A stretch of 64,000 nt of DNA from Candidatus Woesearchaeota archaeon (lineage in GTDB: Archaea; Nanobdellota; Nanobdellia; Pacearchaeales; GW2011-AR1), in assembly GCA_964578345.1 (NCBI GenBank), contig CAZOCP010000003.1, positions 1,136 to 65,135 on the forward strand, read 5' to 3'. Positions 28,680 through 38,507 of the stretch are shown here, in pieces. Positions within the stretch are counted from its first letter, which is position 1. The number at the start of each line of letters is the position of its first letter. The translations under genes and the position numbers were made by a program. Below the pieces are notes generated by a model that saw only the letters and a program-made list of their open reading frames with translations, made no database searches and was not told the origin of the DNA.

Positions 28680-29867
28680 TTAGTGCCTCTTTATTCCCAG
28701 CACGCTCAGCATAAAACCAGAAAAAAAGGTTTGCACTCCTAAAACCACTAAAGTCAGAGCAATAATTGCATTTTTTACTTCTTGTAACTCACCAAAACCA
28801 CTCTGCAACCACTGGATAAAAATAGACAAGTACATAATAGCGCTAATACCAGCCATAGCTAAACCACTCATGAGCGCTTTTTCTAAAGTTATATGCCTGA
28901 GAAAAAAAGCCATAGAACTGCTCTTCTCTTCTAAGTAAATCATAGAATAAGTTTTAGCAAAAAATCCAAAGAAGATAAGTTGATAACCGACGATGATAAG
29001 CATAGAAGAAAGAAACATAGGATGATAGAATAACTCTACACCAACAACCCGTCCTCCACCTAAATAGAGTATAAGCATACTCACTAGACCTAAAAGAAAA
29101 AGTCCAATGCCTGGCAGCAGAAAAAGGTAGAGAGGGCTGTACAATAATAAGAAACGCAAATGTCTCCATCCATCAGAGAGCGTCTTCAACTTAGACCGCC
29201 CGCACCGACGATGATAAACAATAGGAAGCTCTGCTATGGTAAGTTTTTTCTTGACTGCCTGTACAATCATCTCTGAAGCAAATTCCATTCCTGTCGTATG
29301 CAAAGACAATTTTTTCCATGCACCCTTGGTGATAGCCCGCATCCCACAATGCACATCCTTCACCTTTGCACTAAAAAAGAGCCGCAGAAGAAAGGAAAGC
29401 GCAGGATTTCCAATCCATTTATGTGTAAGAGGCATCGCGCCTTTCTCCATCTTTCCTGCAAACCGATCGCCAACAACCATATCTGCTCCCTGCCGCAATG
29501 CATCAACAAAACGAGGAATCTCAGCAAAATCATAGCTCCCGTCTGCATCAGCAAGAAACAAATACTTTCCTCTCGCAGCTTTCAGTCCTTCCATACAAGC
29601 AATACCATAACCTTCCTTATCATGCTTTACCACTCTCGCTCCCAAACGTCTGGAAATATTTGGAGAAGAATCAGAAGAAGAATCAGAAACAATTATCTCT
29701 CCAATAATATTATTCTCTCTAAAAACTTTCTTAATTAATTGTATACACCCGCCAACTGCTTCCTCTTCATCCCTGCACGGCAAAATCACGCTTACTTCAG
29801 GAACCCCATCTAAAAAATTTCTATTCACCATTTTAACTAATAAATATATTATATAAATATTATTCAA
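28680..29867 (-). CDS. Membrane-anchored GT2 glycosyltransferase (dolichyl/polyprenyl-phosphate sugar synthase-like, C-terminal TM domain). Compositionally GC-richer than neighbours
   Basis: VSVILPCRDEEEAV...IIVSDSSSDSS, DAD motif, four C-terminal TM helices. Many spurious overlapping ORFs in other frames reflect the higher GC. Confidence 0.7.
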   Translation of the reverse strand: MNNIYIIYLLVKMVNRNFLDGVPEVSVILPCRDEEEAVGGCIQLIKKVFRENNIIGEIIVSDSSSDSSPNISRRLGARVVKHDKEGYGIACMEGLKAARGKYLFLADADGSYDFAEIPRFVDALRQGADMVVGDRFAGKMEKGAMPLTHKWIGNPALSFLLRLFFSAKVKDVHCGMRAITKGAWKKLSLHTTGMEFASEMIVQAVKKKLTIAELPIVYHRRCGRSKLKTLSDGWRHLRFLLLYSPLYLFLLPGIGLFLLGLVSMLILYLGGGRVVGVELFYHPMFLSSMLIIVGYQLIFFGFFAKTYSMIYLEEKSSSMAFFLRHITLEKALMSGLAMAGISAIMYLSIFIQWLQSGFGELQEVKNAIIALTLVVLGVQTFFSGFMLSVLGIKRH

Positions 29868-29875
29868 TCAAAAAC

Positions 29876-31309
29876 TCATCTCTTATATACATATCTTCTG
29901 TTATTAAAGACTAATTCCCAGCCGCAGTCAATCGGTTCCCTTGAAAAAACATATTCAACCTCCTGCTCTTCAAGAATATCTTCTTTTACATCGCATTCAG
30001 AAGAAAAAAACAAATCAACTGCTTCTCCATTGCCATAAAAATATAAAGCTCCGACAGGTTCATGCCCAGTCAATGCATAGAGTGCATTTGAAACATCTTT
30101 CGGAGCCATAACTTTAGTATGTTTAAGTTCAGATAAATAATCTAAAGCTTCAAGGTCAGAATCCTCAATTAAATGATATATTTTAAGGCCAGAAGGCAGC
30201 TCATAATAAGAAACAAAAGAAGATAAAAGGAAAAGCACAATTAAAAGAAAAGATAAAAATCTATTAAAAATAAATTTAGCATTAGATATATAGTATTTGT
30301 TGCTCGCAAATTTTTCAATTATTAAATTCATTCCAAAAGCACTAAGCAATGGAAGACTAAGTGCAAAATAATATAAATTTCTCTGATAGGGAGAAAAATA
30401 AGAAACATCTATCACTCTATATAAAAAAATAGATAAAAGAAGCATAAGAGGCCAAAATAAATAAGTAATATAAGAAACTCTTTTCAATTTAGAAAAAACA
30501 AGATAAAAAAATCCTATAAAAGCCAGAAAATATCCTATTAAACTATAAATCTCAAAAAAAGAATTATCAAGCTCGAAGATAGTCCAGCCTGTTTTAAATT
30601 GTAAGGCAGAAAAGATATTTATAAATAACTCAGAAAAATTTAGATTAAACAATTGTTTGTAAAATAACGCTCCGGTAACAGGGATAAAAATAAATAAAGA
30701 GAAAAATTTCCACTCTTTAAATATATATGAACGGTAGTAAAAAGCTGTGAAAATTAAAAACATAGCTGAAAAAAAAACAGATATAGAGTGTACAAAAATA
30801 AGAAAAAACATAATTCCAAAACTGATGAGAATATATTTCTTATTTTCACGCGCTAATCCTTCACTAAAAAAATGTATATACAAAAAAATAAATGGTATCG
30901 AGAAAGTTAAAGGTGTAAAAAACCACAATCCTAAGATATTAACATTTGATTTAATTGATGCGAAAAAAATCATGGCGAAAAAAGAAATCCAGAAATTTCT
31001 GCTCTTCTTCATAACAACATAAAAAAGAGTCAAGCTGGAAAAAACAGCCCATATTGCAGGCAGAAACTTATACACTGAAATTAAATCAAAAAATTTTGAC
31101 AATAAATATAAAAATAAATGAAATCCTATTTCTAGCCCAAAGCTCCCAGATGTATATTCTCCGCTTCCTAATTTCAAAGCCTCAGTTATATGATGCCATT
31201 CATCAACATGCAAAGGATAAGGATAAGAAAAATGAGGGGCATAAACTAGAAAAAATATTCCAATTCCTGCTAAAATAACTAAAAAATATTTATATCTATC
31301 AATTATCAT
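29876..31309 (-). CDS. Polytopic GT-C-type glycosyltransferase (PMT/ArnT-like), putative
   Basis: More than 10 TM helices. First-loop motif HVDEWHHITEAL resembles the DE motif of GT39/GT83. No WWDYG motif, so it is not AglB. Confidence 0.4.
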   Translation of the reverse strand: MIIDRYKYFLVILAGIGIFFLVYAPHFSYPYPLHVDEWHHITEALKLGSGEYTSGSFGLEIGFHLFLYLLSKFFDLISVYKFLPAIWAVFSSLTLFYVVMKKSRNFWISFFAMIFFASIKSNVNILGLWFFTPLTFSIPFIFLYIHFFSEGLARENKKYILISFGIMFFLIFVHSISVFFSAMFLIFTAFYYRSYIFKEWKFFSLFIFIPVTGALFYKQLFNLNFSELFINIFSALQFKTGWTIFELDNSFFEIYSLIGYFLAFIGFFYLVFSKLKRVSYITYLFWPLMLLLSIFLYRVIDVSYFSPYQRNLYYFALSLPLLSAFGMNLIIEKFASNKYYISNAKFIFNRFLSFLLIVLFLLSSFVSYYELPSGLKIYHLIEDSDLEALDYLSELKHTKVMAPKDVSNALYALTGHEPVGALYFYGNGEAVDLFFSSECDVKEDILEEQEVEYVFSREPIDCGWELVFNNRRYVYKR

Positions 31310-31444
31310 TTAATAATTCCGAATCATTAATATAAATAAGTTTTGAGCTGCGGCCCTTCGCAGCCAAAAATTCACTGAGTATTAAAGTTCGCGGCTCCCT
31401 AAATCATAAAAGTCGAAGGGTTTTTAACCTTGAATCAATTTCTA

Positions 31445-31639
31445 TTACTCATATACGCGTTCTCTTTTATCAATCTTGACAATACCTATCTGTTTATGAA
31501 CATAATCTACTTCATATAGGATTCTTACTTTTCCAACTCGTATCCTAAAAAGACTATCTCCTTCTATTCGTTTCATATCGTGTGGAAAAGGGTTGTTTTG
31601 CAACTCTTCTAATTTCTCCGCTATTCTTCTCACAAGCAC
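31445..31639 (-). CDS. RelE/ParE-family toxin
   Basis: FRIRVGKVRILYEVDYVHKQIGIVKIDKRERVY is the RelE/ParE core. Confidence 0.7.
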   Translation of the reverse strand: MLVRRIAEKLEELQNNPFPHDMKRIEGDSLFRIRVGKVRILYEVDYVHKQIGIVKIDKRERVYE

Positions 31640-31694
31640 CTTATCAGTATTTTTAGAAATTTAAGGGCTTGGTTTGAATAGAATAGCTCAAACA

Positions 31695-31895
31695 TTATAG
31701 CCCAAGTTCTTTTTTAAGTTGTTTGTGCGAAATAAACTTTCCTTCCTTCTTCTCTGCGTGATATGCTCGCAAAGCCTCGATATCTTCTCCAGTAAGTGAA
31801 GTATCTTCTAAGTATTCTTTCAAATAAGTAATATCAGCTTCCAATTTAGCCAACTTTGCTAAAATTTCTTTGTTAACATTCATTGATTGTTCCAT
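31695..31895 (-). CDS. Putative antitoxin of the RelE/ParE module
   Basis: Small acidic helical protein immediately upstream of the toxin on the same strand. Confidence 0.5.
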   Translation of the reverse strand: MEQSMNVNKEILAKLAKLEADITYLKEYLEDTSLTGEDIEALRAYHAEKKEGKFISHKQLKKELGL

Positions 31896-32006
31896 ACTCT
31901 TTTTATGACTCTAAAGTTTTTAAACTCTTTCTTTGCATTTTATGGTCTAAATCACAAAACCCCGGGGTTTTTAACTTTAATTTCTAAATAGTAACAAATA
32001 GAAAGG

Positions 32007-32014
32007 TTTAAATA
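32007..32014 (+). promoter_or_regulatory. TATA box (tttaaata) of the paralog-family gene, ~26 bp upstream of the ATG (leaderless-type spacing)
   Basis: Conserved upstream of copy 1 (reverse strand ~11235) and partly upstream of copy 3 (tttaaatacctcttattc). Confidence 0.4.
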
Positions 32015-32035
32015 TCTCTTATTCTCAAAAAAAGC

Positions 32036-32824
32036 ATGACATATGAAGCACAAAAGATAGGAACGGTAGAAGGCTTGGGAGATATTTACTATGTAGCTGC
32101 GCCTTTAGATGAGCAATTGCGAGCTTTTGCAGATAAAGGCATTCATACACTTGCTGCTCCTGATGAAGTTGCTCAAATATATTTAGCTGGTGTTTCTGAA
32201 GATTACTCAAGAACAAGCATGGTATTTATTGTACTAAAGGGCGGAAAAACTATTTTAGTTAGAGACTCTATTTTGATGGCTCCTTTAATGGCTTTTGCTG
32301 CTGTTAGAGATCATGCAAGTGGAAGGTATTTTGAGACAAGTAAGGGGGTTTATGAGGCAGCTGAAGCGCTCGCAAGAAGCCAAGAATCTATGGCTCCTGA
32401 AGACAGAAGCACACTTATTGTTTCACGAGAGGAAGATTTGACTTTAACTCCTGAAATGCCTGAATCTCAGTTCATCTTTAGAAAGCAAACTAAGCCTTAC
32501 TTTGATAAATTCAATAAAAAAGCAATAAATTTCTATAATCCTCACGGATATTCAAATAGTCGGGCAATTATTAATTACATGTGGTTTGGCTCTCCTCCGA
32601 ACAATCGTGATCTAGATTGTAGTCTCTTGGGCTTGGACAAAAAAAGAGCGGCTTATGGGGTGTTGAGAACTGCTGAAGGCACTTCGCAAAGAATTTCTGG
32701 AGCAGAAGTTAGCATTTCTGCACTATCTTTAGCAGAAGTCCTAGAGTTTTCAAGAAGATATGTTTCAGAAGCAGCGAGAGATGAGTATGAGTCTGGGATA
32801 AGGTCTATTTTTTTTAAGAAATAA
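32036..32824 (+). CDS. Conserved hypothetical protein, copy 2 of the three-member paralog family
   Basis: MTYEAQKIGTVEGLGDIY.VAAPLD.QLRAFADKGIHTLAAPDEVAQI... shared with copies 1 and 3. Its stop lies 11 nt from the cdc48 stop (convergent). Confidence 0.6.
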   Translation: MTYEAQKIGTVEGLGDIYYVAAPLDEQLRAFADKGIHTLAAPDEVAQIYLAGVSEDYSRTSMVFIVLKGGKTILVRDSILMAPLMAFAAVRDHASGRYFETSKGVYEAAEALARSQESMAPEDRSTLIVSREEDLTLTPEMPESQFIFRKQTKPYFDKFNKKAINFYNPHGYSNSRAIINYMWFGSPPNNRDLDCSLLGLDKKRAAYGVLRTAEGTSQRISGAEVSISALSLAEVLEFSRRYVSEAARDEYESGIRSIFFKK

Positions 32825-32835
32825 TTATAAACTAT

Positions 32836-35121
32836 TTACCCAGTATATAACGGCCCAACTTCTATCCCTGCCTTAGCACTCTTTAAATAATATTCCTCTA
32901 ATTTTTTATAGCGCTTTGCAGTATCCTGAGAAACTGAAGGTCTGACTTTATTCAAAGCCTCTTCAAAATCCTCCCTAGTTACTAATTTACTATCAACATC
33001 TTTTCTTAAGGCATGCATCCCAGATTCTAAAACAAGTCCTTCAATATCCGCTCCGACAAAACCCTCAGTCAATTTCACTAAATCCATGATAATAACATCC
33101 TTTGCAAGAGGAGTATTTTTCAGATGCACTTCAAAAATCTTCTTCCTGCTCTCAGCATCAGGTATATCCACTAAAATAATTCTATCAAACCTCCCTGGAC
33201 GCAAAAGAGCAGGATCCAACATATCCGGCCTGTTTGTGGCGCCAATAATAGTCACATCTTTAAGCCCTTCAAGGCCGTCTAATTCTGCTAGCAGCTGATT
33301 TAGAACCCTATCACTAACCTTATTCCCCTGGTCATACCCTCTTCTTCCTGCAAGAGCATCAATCTCATCAAAGAAAATTACGCAGGGAGAAACTTGTCTT
33401 GCTCTTTCAAAAATTTTGCGCACTCCCTCTTCTGATTTTCCAACCCACATACTTAACAAAGAAGGGCCCTTAACATGAATAAAATTAGATTCACTCTCCT
33501 TAGCAACTGCCTTTGCAAGCATTGTCTTTCCAGTCCCCGGCGGCCCATATAACAGAATTCCTCTAGGGGCCCTAATACCCAGCCTCTTAAAACTTTCCGG
33601 ATGTTTCAAAGGCCACTCAATAGCCTCCTTTAATCTTTGTTTAGTCTGCTCCAATCCTCCAATATCATTCCATCCTACATTCGGAGTCTCAACAAAAACC
33701 TCTCTCATTGCAGAAGGCCGAACCACTTTTAGAGCAGATTCAAAATCTTCAGAGATTACTATAATTTTATCCAAGACTTCTTTAGGGATAGCCTCACTTT
33801 CCTCTAACTTCAAACTCGGCAGTACTTTCCTAAGAACATTCATTGCAGCTTCTTTAGTAAGTGCCGACAAATCTGCTCCTACAAACCCATGTGTTTTCCC
33901 TGCAAGAAAATCAAGATGAACATCCTTAGCCAGAGGCATATTTCTTGTATGAATTTTAAGAATATTCAATCTCGCAGCTTTATCAGGAACACTTATCTCA
34001 ATCTCTCTATCAAATCTACCAGGTCTTCTCAAAGCAGGATCTAAAGAATTAACACGATTAGTTGCTGCAATAACAACAACTTTTCCTCTAGACTTAAGAC
34101 CGTCCATCATAGTCAGTAATTGGCTGACAACTCTGCGCTCTACTTCTCCCTGTACATCTTCTCTTTTAGGAGCTATTGCATCTATCTCATCGATAAATAT
34201 AATAGAAGGGGCATGCTTTTGTGCATCTTCAAAAATGTCCCTGATTTTTTTCTCTGACTCTCCATAAAACTTGCTCATGATTTCAGGTCCATTCAATAAA
34301 ATAAAATGTGCTTCTGATTCATTAGCAACTGCCTTTGCAAGAAGAGTCTTTCCGGTTCCTGGATGCCCGTGTAAAATAACACCTTTGGGAGCTTCGATAC
34401 CCAGCCTGTCAAATATTTCAGGATGTTTCAAAGGCAATTCAACCATCTCTCTAATTTTCTTAACTTCATCAACTAATCCTCCAATATCTTCATAAGTAAC
34501 ATCAGGAACAGTTTCCTCGTTTATGTCAACTGTTTTAGAATGTAAAGTCACCTCAGTATTTTCATTAATAATACAAGCTTGAGTAGGTTGTGTAGAAACA
34601 ACTACAAACTTCAAATGTTGAAAGCCGGCAAAACCAAAATTTGCTCCAAACAAATCATTCAAATCTCCAAAAATATCAGGCATTCCTTCAGCCATCAAAT
34701 CCCTTCTTCTCTGCACTCCTCCAAGCGAGATCAAATCGCCCTTCAGCACCGCTCTTCCAAGAAGCCCTTGCTTAAACATTTCAGGATCTCCATGAACCAT
34801 AATTCCTTGCTGGGCAGGAGCAATCGACACTTTAGTAGCGGGCCGCACATTTGCTTTAGATACAAGTACCTGCTCCCCAACCCCTGCTTTAGCATTTTTT
34901 CTTATTAAACCGTCAATACGAATAATTCCTTCACCTACATCTGCAGGATACGCCCTGTCAACAATAGCAACTGTCTCTCTCTGCCCCTTTATAGAAATAA
35001 TATCGCCTCTATTCAAATTCATCAACTTCATCAAATGAGGATCAATACGCGCAATTCCCTTATAAGCATCATCTTGTAATGCTTCTACAATTTTCAACTT
35101 AACTTCATCATTCGTCTTCAT
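32836..35121 (-). CDS. cdc48: Cdc48/VCP-like AAA+ ATPase (two AAA domains)
   Basis: N-domain, then Walker A GHPGTGKT and GPPGTGKT, two Walker B DEID motifs, SRH regions. Confidence 0.95.
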   Translation of the reverse strand: MKTNDEVKLKIVEALQDDAYKGIARIDPHLMKLMNLNRGDIISIKGQRETVAIVDRAYPADVGEGIIRIDGLIRKNAKAGVGEQVLVSKANVRPATKVSIAPAQQGIMVHGDPEMFKQGLLGRAVLKGDLISLGGVQRRRDLMAEGMPDIFGDLNDLFGANFGFAGFQHLKFVVVSTQPTQACIINENTEVTLHSKTVDINEETVPDVTYEDIGGLVDEVKKIREMVELPLKHPEIFDRLGIEAPKGVILHGHPGTGKTLLAKAVANESEAHFILLNGPEIMSKFYGESEKKIRDIFEDAQKHAPSIIFIDEIDAIAPKREDVQGEVERRVVSQLLTMMDGLKSRGKVVVIAATNRVNSLDPALRRPGRFDREIEISVPDKAARLNILKIHTRNMPLAKDVHLDFLAGKTHGFVGADLSALTKEAAMNVLRKVLPSLKLEESEAIPKEVLDKIIVISEDFESALKVVRPSAMREVFVETPNVGWNDIGGLEQTKQRLKEAIEWPLKHPESFKRLGIRAPRGILLYGPPGTGKTMLAKAVAKESESNFIHVKGPSLLSMWVGKSEEGVRKIFERARQVSPCVIFFDEIDALAGRRGYDQGNKVSDRVLNQLLAELDGLEGLKDVTIIGATNRPDMLDPALLRPGRFDRIILVDIPDAESRKKIFEVHLKNTPLAKDVIIMDLVKLTEGFVGADIEGLVLESGMHALRKDVDSKLVTREDFEEALNKVRPSVSQDTAKRYKKLEEYYLKSAKAGIEVGPLYTG

Positions 35122-35476
35122 CGTTAAACCTCACTTTCAAAGTTTCAAAATCTTCAAAACACAAGCGCACCATATCATCCATTCTCGTCCTCATAGAGCG
35201 ATGCTGTTCATTGATAAAATCAATAATCTCTTTAGGTATACTAATTGCGTGGCTATTCCCAACCATTCGAAGCTTGACATTGAAAGTCTTGCCTCGCAGA
35301 TTATTAAAATGTTCAAAACCATTTAAATCAGCCGGATGGGTAATTGTATCTCCACATTTATTGCATTGGACTGCCCTCAATTCAAATCCATTTCTATTAA
35401 CAATTGTAGAAGACATTTCATTATCGCAGTTTTTACAAACTATTTTTGTATCGAATATATCTGTCATTTCATACAT
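35108..35476 (-). CDS. Zn-ribbon plus SpoVT/AbrB-like domain protein, overlapping the cdc48 start by 14 nt
   Basis: C-x2-C...C-x2-C (CKNCDN...CNKCGD) followed by NVKLRMVGNSHAISIPKEIIDF. Confidence 0.45.
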   Translation of the reverse strand: MYEMTDIFDTKIVCKNCDNEMSSTIVNRNGFELRAVQCNKCGDTITHPADLNGFEHFNNLRGKTFNVKLRMVGNSHAISIPKEIIDFINEQHRSMRTRMDDMVRLCFEDFETLKVRFNDEDE

Positions 35477-35763
35477 CCCCTATGTATACACATAAGGTAT
35501 ACACTAGTATTTAAATCTTTCGAACCTATGTCATACTGCGCTTACGCTTCGCTTCGGCATTTTTTCTCGCAGAAAAACCACATAACGTAAGCGAACGGAG
35601 CGTAGCAGAGTGAGAGTGCAACGTGCCGACCAAACGAAGTTAGGGAGAGTTGTCCAAAGCTCGCCTATTTTTTAACAAGACTATTTTTTATTTTCAGTTA
35701 ATAAAATACCAAAAGAACAAGTTTTATTAACCAAAAACCCCACTTAAAAAAGTAAAAGAGAAT

Positions 35764-37107
35764 ATGAAAAAACTTCTTCAAACAGAACAGCAAAAAAAAC
35801 AGCAGGCTCTTTCTGTCAGCATTAAAGAAGGATCAGCAGCAAATTTCTCAGCAGGCTTGGCAGAAACATACATCACACCTTTTGCTTTGGAGCTAAAAGC
35901 CAGTCCTCTAAATATCGGTTTTCTTAGTTCAATATCAGGATTAATAGCTCCCTTAGCTCAGATTATCGGCGACAAGCTAATGGATAAAAACTCAAGAAAA
36001 AAAATTGTTCGGAATTTTGTCCTTATGCAAGCGGTTATGCTTATACCTATTGCCTCGCTTAGCTTCTTCTATTGGAAAAGCATAGGATTGTCTCATCTTC
36101 CTTGGATTTTAATATTATTATACGCTCTCTTCGCAGCAATGGGGGGCATAGCCTATCCTGCATGGTTCTCATGGATGGGCGATCTAGTACCCAAAAACCA
36201 AAGAGGAAAATATTTCGGAAGAAAAGGAAGAATAAATGGTGCAGTCGGACTTGCAGCAATATTAATTGGCGGAATGATGATTGACGCATTAAAAACAAAA
36301 GGAATAGTACTGTTAGGATTTAGCATTCTATTCATAATAGCTTCTATTGCGAGATTAATTTCTTACTATCTTCTTAACAAACAATACTCTCCAAAATTCC
36401 CTGTTAAAAAAACAAATTATTTCTCAATCTTTTCTTTTTTAAAAAGAATGGACAATTATGGCAAATTTTCAGTAAGCAATGCATTATTTAATTTTACATT
36501 AATGATAGCCAGCCCTTTTTTTTCTGTATATATGCTTAAAGAGCTGAATTTCACATATAAAATCTACACAATAATCATAATCAGCTCTGTACTTTTCACG
36601 ATAATCTCCTCCTCATTTATTGGAAGATTAGCTGATAAATATGGCAATAAAAAAATATTTGCCTTATCCTGCATTCTATTCAGCATCAATCCTTTACTCT
36701 GGATGTTTATTAAAGCGCCTGTCCTTTTAGTCGTCCTGCAGATTATAGCAGGAATTGCAAATGCAGGTATGCTTCTCTCAGTAAATAATTTCACATACGA
36801 CGCTGTTTCTCCAAAAAATCGAGCCCTATGTATAACATACACTAATATTCTAGCAGGAATAGGGGTTTTCCTAGGCTCTCTTTTAGGCGGATTCTTAATA
36901 GACTATCTGCATCCTCAGTCAATGAACCCATTTATTTTTGTCTTCCTTGTTTCAGCAATAGGCAGAAGCATAGTCTCAGTTATTCTAGTTCCAAAAATAA
37001 AAGAGCAGAGAAAAGTAAATTCTCTACGCCCCCCAAACTTCCATCTGATACACCTCTTCCGCTCAATAAACGCAGAAATCCATTGGTTTAAGCATACAAT
37101 AAAATAA
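35764..37107 (+). CDS. MFS-type transporter
   Basis: 12 predicted TM helices with a GRxGR-like loop (FGRKGRING). Confidence 0.65.
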   Translation: MKKLLQTEQQKKQQALSVSIKEGSAANFSAGLAETYITPFALELKASPLNIGFLSSISGLIAPLAQIIGDKLMDKNSRKKIVRNFVLMQAVMLIPIASLSFFYWKSIGLSHLPWILILLYALFAAMGGIAYPAWFSWMGDLVPKNQRGKYFGRKGRINGAVGLAAILIGGMMIDALKTKGIVLLGFSILFIIASIARLISYYLLNKQYSPKFPVKKTNYFSIFSFLKRMDNYGKFSVSNALFNFTLMIASPFFSVYMLKELNFTYKIYTIIIISSVLFTIISSSFIGRLADKYGNKKIFALSCILFSINPLLWMFIKAPVLLVVLQIIAGIANAGMLLSVNNFTYDAVSPKNRALCITYTNILAGIGVFLGSLLGGFLIDYLHPQSMNPFIFVFLVSAIGRSIVSVILVPKIKEQRKVNSLRPPNFHLIHLFRSINAEIHWFKHTIK

Positions 37108-37155
37108 AGACTGAGAATACAAAAAGTTTAAAAGCTTTATTTTATTGTATAAAAG

Positions 37156-37815
37156 ATGATATTTAAAAAAAAATCTAAAAAAGAACAATTAAAATGTTAT
37201 TCATGTGATTCTGCAATCAATGAAAAGTATAGTTTCTGCCCTTGGTGCGGAAATCCTCAATTCGACCCGGAGCAGGAGTTGCGGGACTTCGGAATGCTTG
37301 GCAGAAGAGACACAACAGATGAAAACAAATTCAAACAGCAGTTTATATCATCAGATACGACAATAATGGAGAAAATGATAGGCTCTCTAATGAACAATTT
37401 CATAAAAAATATAGATAAACAATTCAGAGATATGGAAAAAACAAATATATCGCAGATGCCTAATAGTATTAAAATAAAAATTGGAATGTCTCCTCAGCAG
37501 ACAAAAAGAGGATCGCAGCAGTCAATACTACAAAGAAAAATAACAGAAGATCAGATGTCTAAAATGGAAGGTCTGCCTAGAACAACGGCAAAAACAAATA
37601 TTAAGAGATTAAGTGATAAAGTAATTTATGAACTGTTTACGCCAGGTATTATTTCTCCTCAAGATGTATTTGTTTCAAAGATAGAATCAGGATATGAAAT
37701 AAAAGCGATAGGAGAGAAAAAAGTATATGTTAATTCTCTTCCAATCAACCTTCCTCTGCATAGGTTCTCCATTGATAACGACAAGCTGATAATTGAATTC
37801 AAAACAGAAGAATAG
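37156..37815 (+). CDS. Zn-ribbon protein, hypothetical
   Basis: CYSCDS...CPWCGN N-terminal ribbon. C-terminal beta-rich domain has no clear family. Confidence 0.35.
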   Translation: MIFKKKSKKEQLKCYSCDSAINEKYSFCPWCGNPQFDPEQELRDFGMLGRRDTTDENKFKQQFISSDTTIMEKMIGSLMNNFIKNIDKQFRDMEKTNISQMPNSIKIKIGMSPQQTKRGSQQSILQRKITEDQMSKMEGLPRTTAKTNIKRLSDKVIYELFTPGIISPQDVFVSKIESGYEIKAIGEKKVYVNSLPINLPLHRFSIDNDKLIIEFKTEE

Positions 37816-37855
37816 TAAAAGATATATTGAGCATGCTCAAGTTCTTTGACATAAA

Positions 37856-37942
37856 TGATCCCGCCAAGAATTGAACTTGGGACCTCTGCCTTCCTGATAA
37901 ACATTATCAGAGCAGCGCTCTAACCAACTGAGCTACGGGATC
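37856..37942 (-). tRNA. tRNA-Ile (anticodon GAU) with 13-nt intron at 37/38
   Basis: Reverse complement: GATCCCG TA GCTC AGTTGGTTA GAGC G CTGCT CTGATA[ATGTTTATCAGGA]A GGCAG AGGTC CCAAG TTCAATT CTTGG CGGGATC A. Perfect 7-bp acceptor, T-loop TTCAATT, palindromic ctgataa/ttatcag (BHB-like). Confidence 0.8.
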
Positions 37943-38018
37943 CTAAAACTTCACAGAAATAATTGTTTATAAAAGTGTCGATAGGAACATTATTAAAAAT
38001 CAAAATTCTGGAAAAACA

Positions 38019-38420
38019 ATGAGATCAATAGAAAAAATTATATTGGCATTTATTTGCCTGGAGATATTGTTAACATTAACAATACTAATTTCAAATTTCA
38101 ATAGTATTGATCTATGTATAGGAGGAACAGATTGCAACACAGTGCAAAACTCAGAATATGGAAAAATTGCAGGCGTCAGACTAAGCTTATGGGGATTCAC
38201 GGCATTCATTTCACTGCTTCTTATTTATTTATCAGTAATTTATTACGAAAGAGGTTATATTTTATATAAAAAAGCAACTTTGCTTGGAGCATGCATCTCG
38301 ATATATCTTATATATTTACAGCTTTTTATCATAAAAAAAATCTGCTCAAGTTGTTTAGCAATAGATGTTCTCATGATTATAATTTGCGCTTATAGCTACT
38401 ACGCTTTTCAATCAAAATAG
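38019..38420 (+). CDS. Vitamin K epoxide reductase (VKOR)-like membrane thiol oxidoreductase
   Basis: 4-5 TM helices, loop Cys pair CIGGTDC, C-terminal-helix CSSC (CxxC) active-site-like motif. Confidence 0.5.
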   Translation: MRSIEKIILAFICLEILLTLTILISNFNSIDLCIGGTDCNTVQNSEYGKIAGVRLSLWGFTAFISLLLIYLSVIYYERGYILYKKATLLGACISIYLIYLQLFIIKKICSSCLAIDVLMIIICAYSYYAFQSK

Positions 38421-38436
38421 CAAAAAAATTAATTGC

Positions 38437-38507
38437 GCGCCGTTAGTATAGTGGCAGTATTCAAGCTTCCCAAGCTTGCCGCGCGGGTTCGATTCCCGCA
38501 CGGCGCA
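38437..38507 (+). tRNA. tRNA-Gly (anticodon CCC)
   Basis: GCGCCGT...CAAGC TTCCCAA GCTTG ... GCGGG TTCGATT CCCGC ACGGCGC A. Perfect acceptor and anticodon stems. No encoded CCA. Confidence 0.8.

Noticed and set aside
28954-29738. Cluster of overlapping ORFs (28954..29169, 29236..29535, 29298..29738, 29360..29554, 29498..29707) inside the GT2 gene
   Set aside because: They are artefacts of locally higher GC content reducing stop-codon frequency. The minus-strand GT2 frame carries clear DxD and glycosyltransferase motifs.
33086-34908. ORFs 33086..33298, 34271..34495, 34579..34908 (+), and similar antisense ORFs inside polB (14236..14445, 14698..14952), FEN1 (16985..17317) and proS/gatD (54299..54817)
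   Set aside because: They are embedded antisense or out-of-frame within strongly supported conserved genes, with low-complexity translations.
35211-35590. ORFs 35211..35495(+) and 35336..35590(+)
   Set aside because: They overlap the better-supported Zn-ribbon/AbrB gene on the opposite strand and extend into a hairpin-rich intergenic region.
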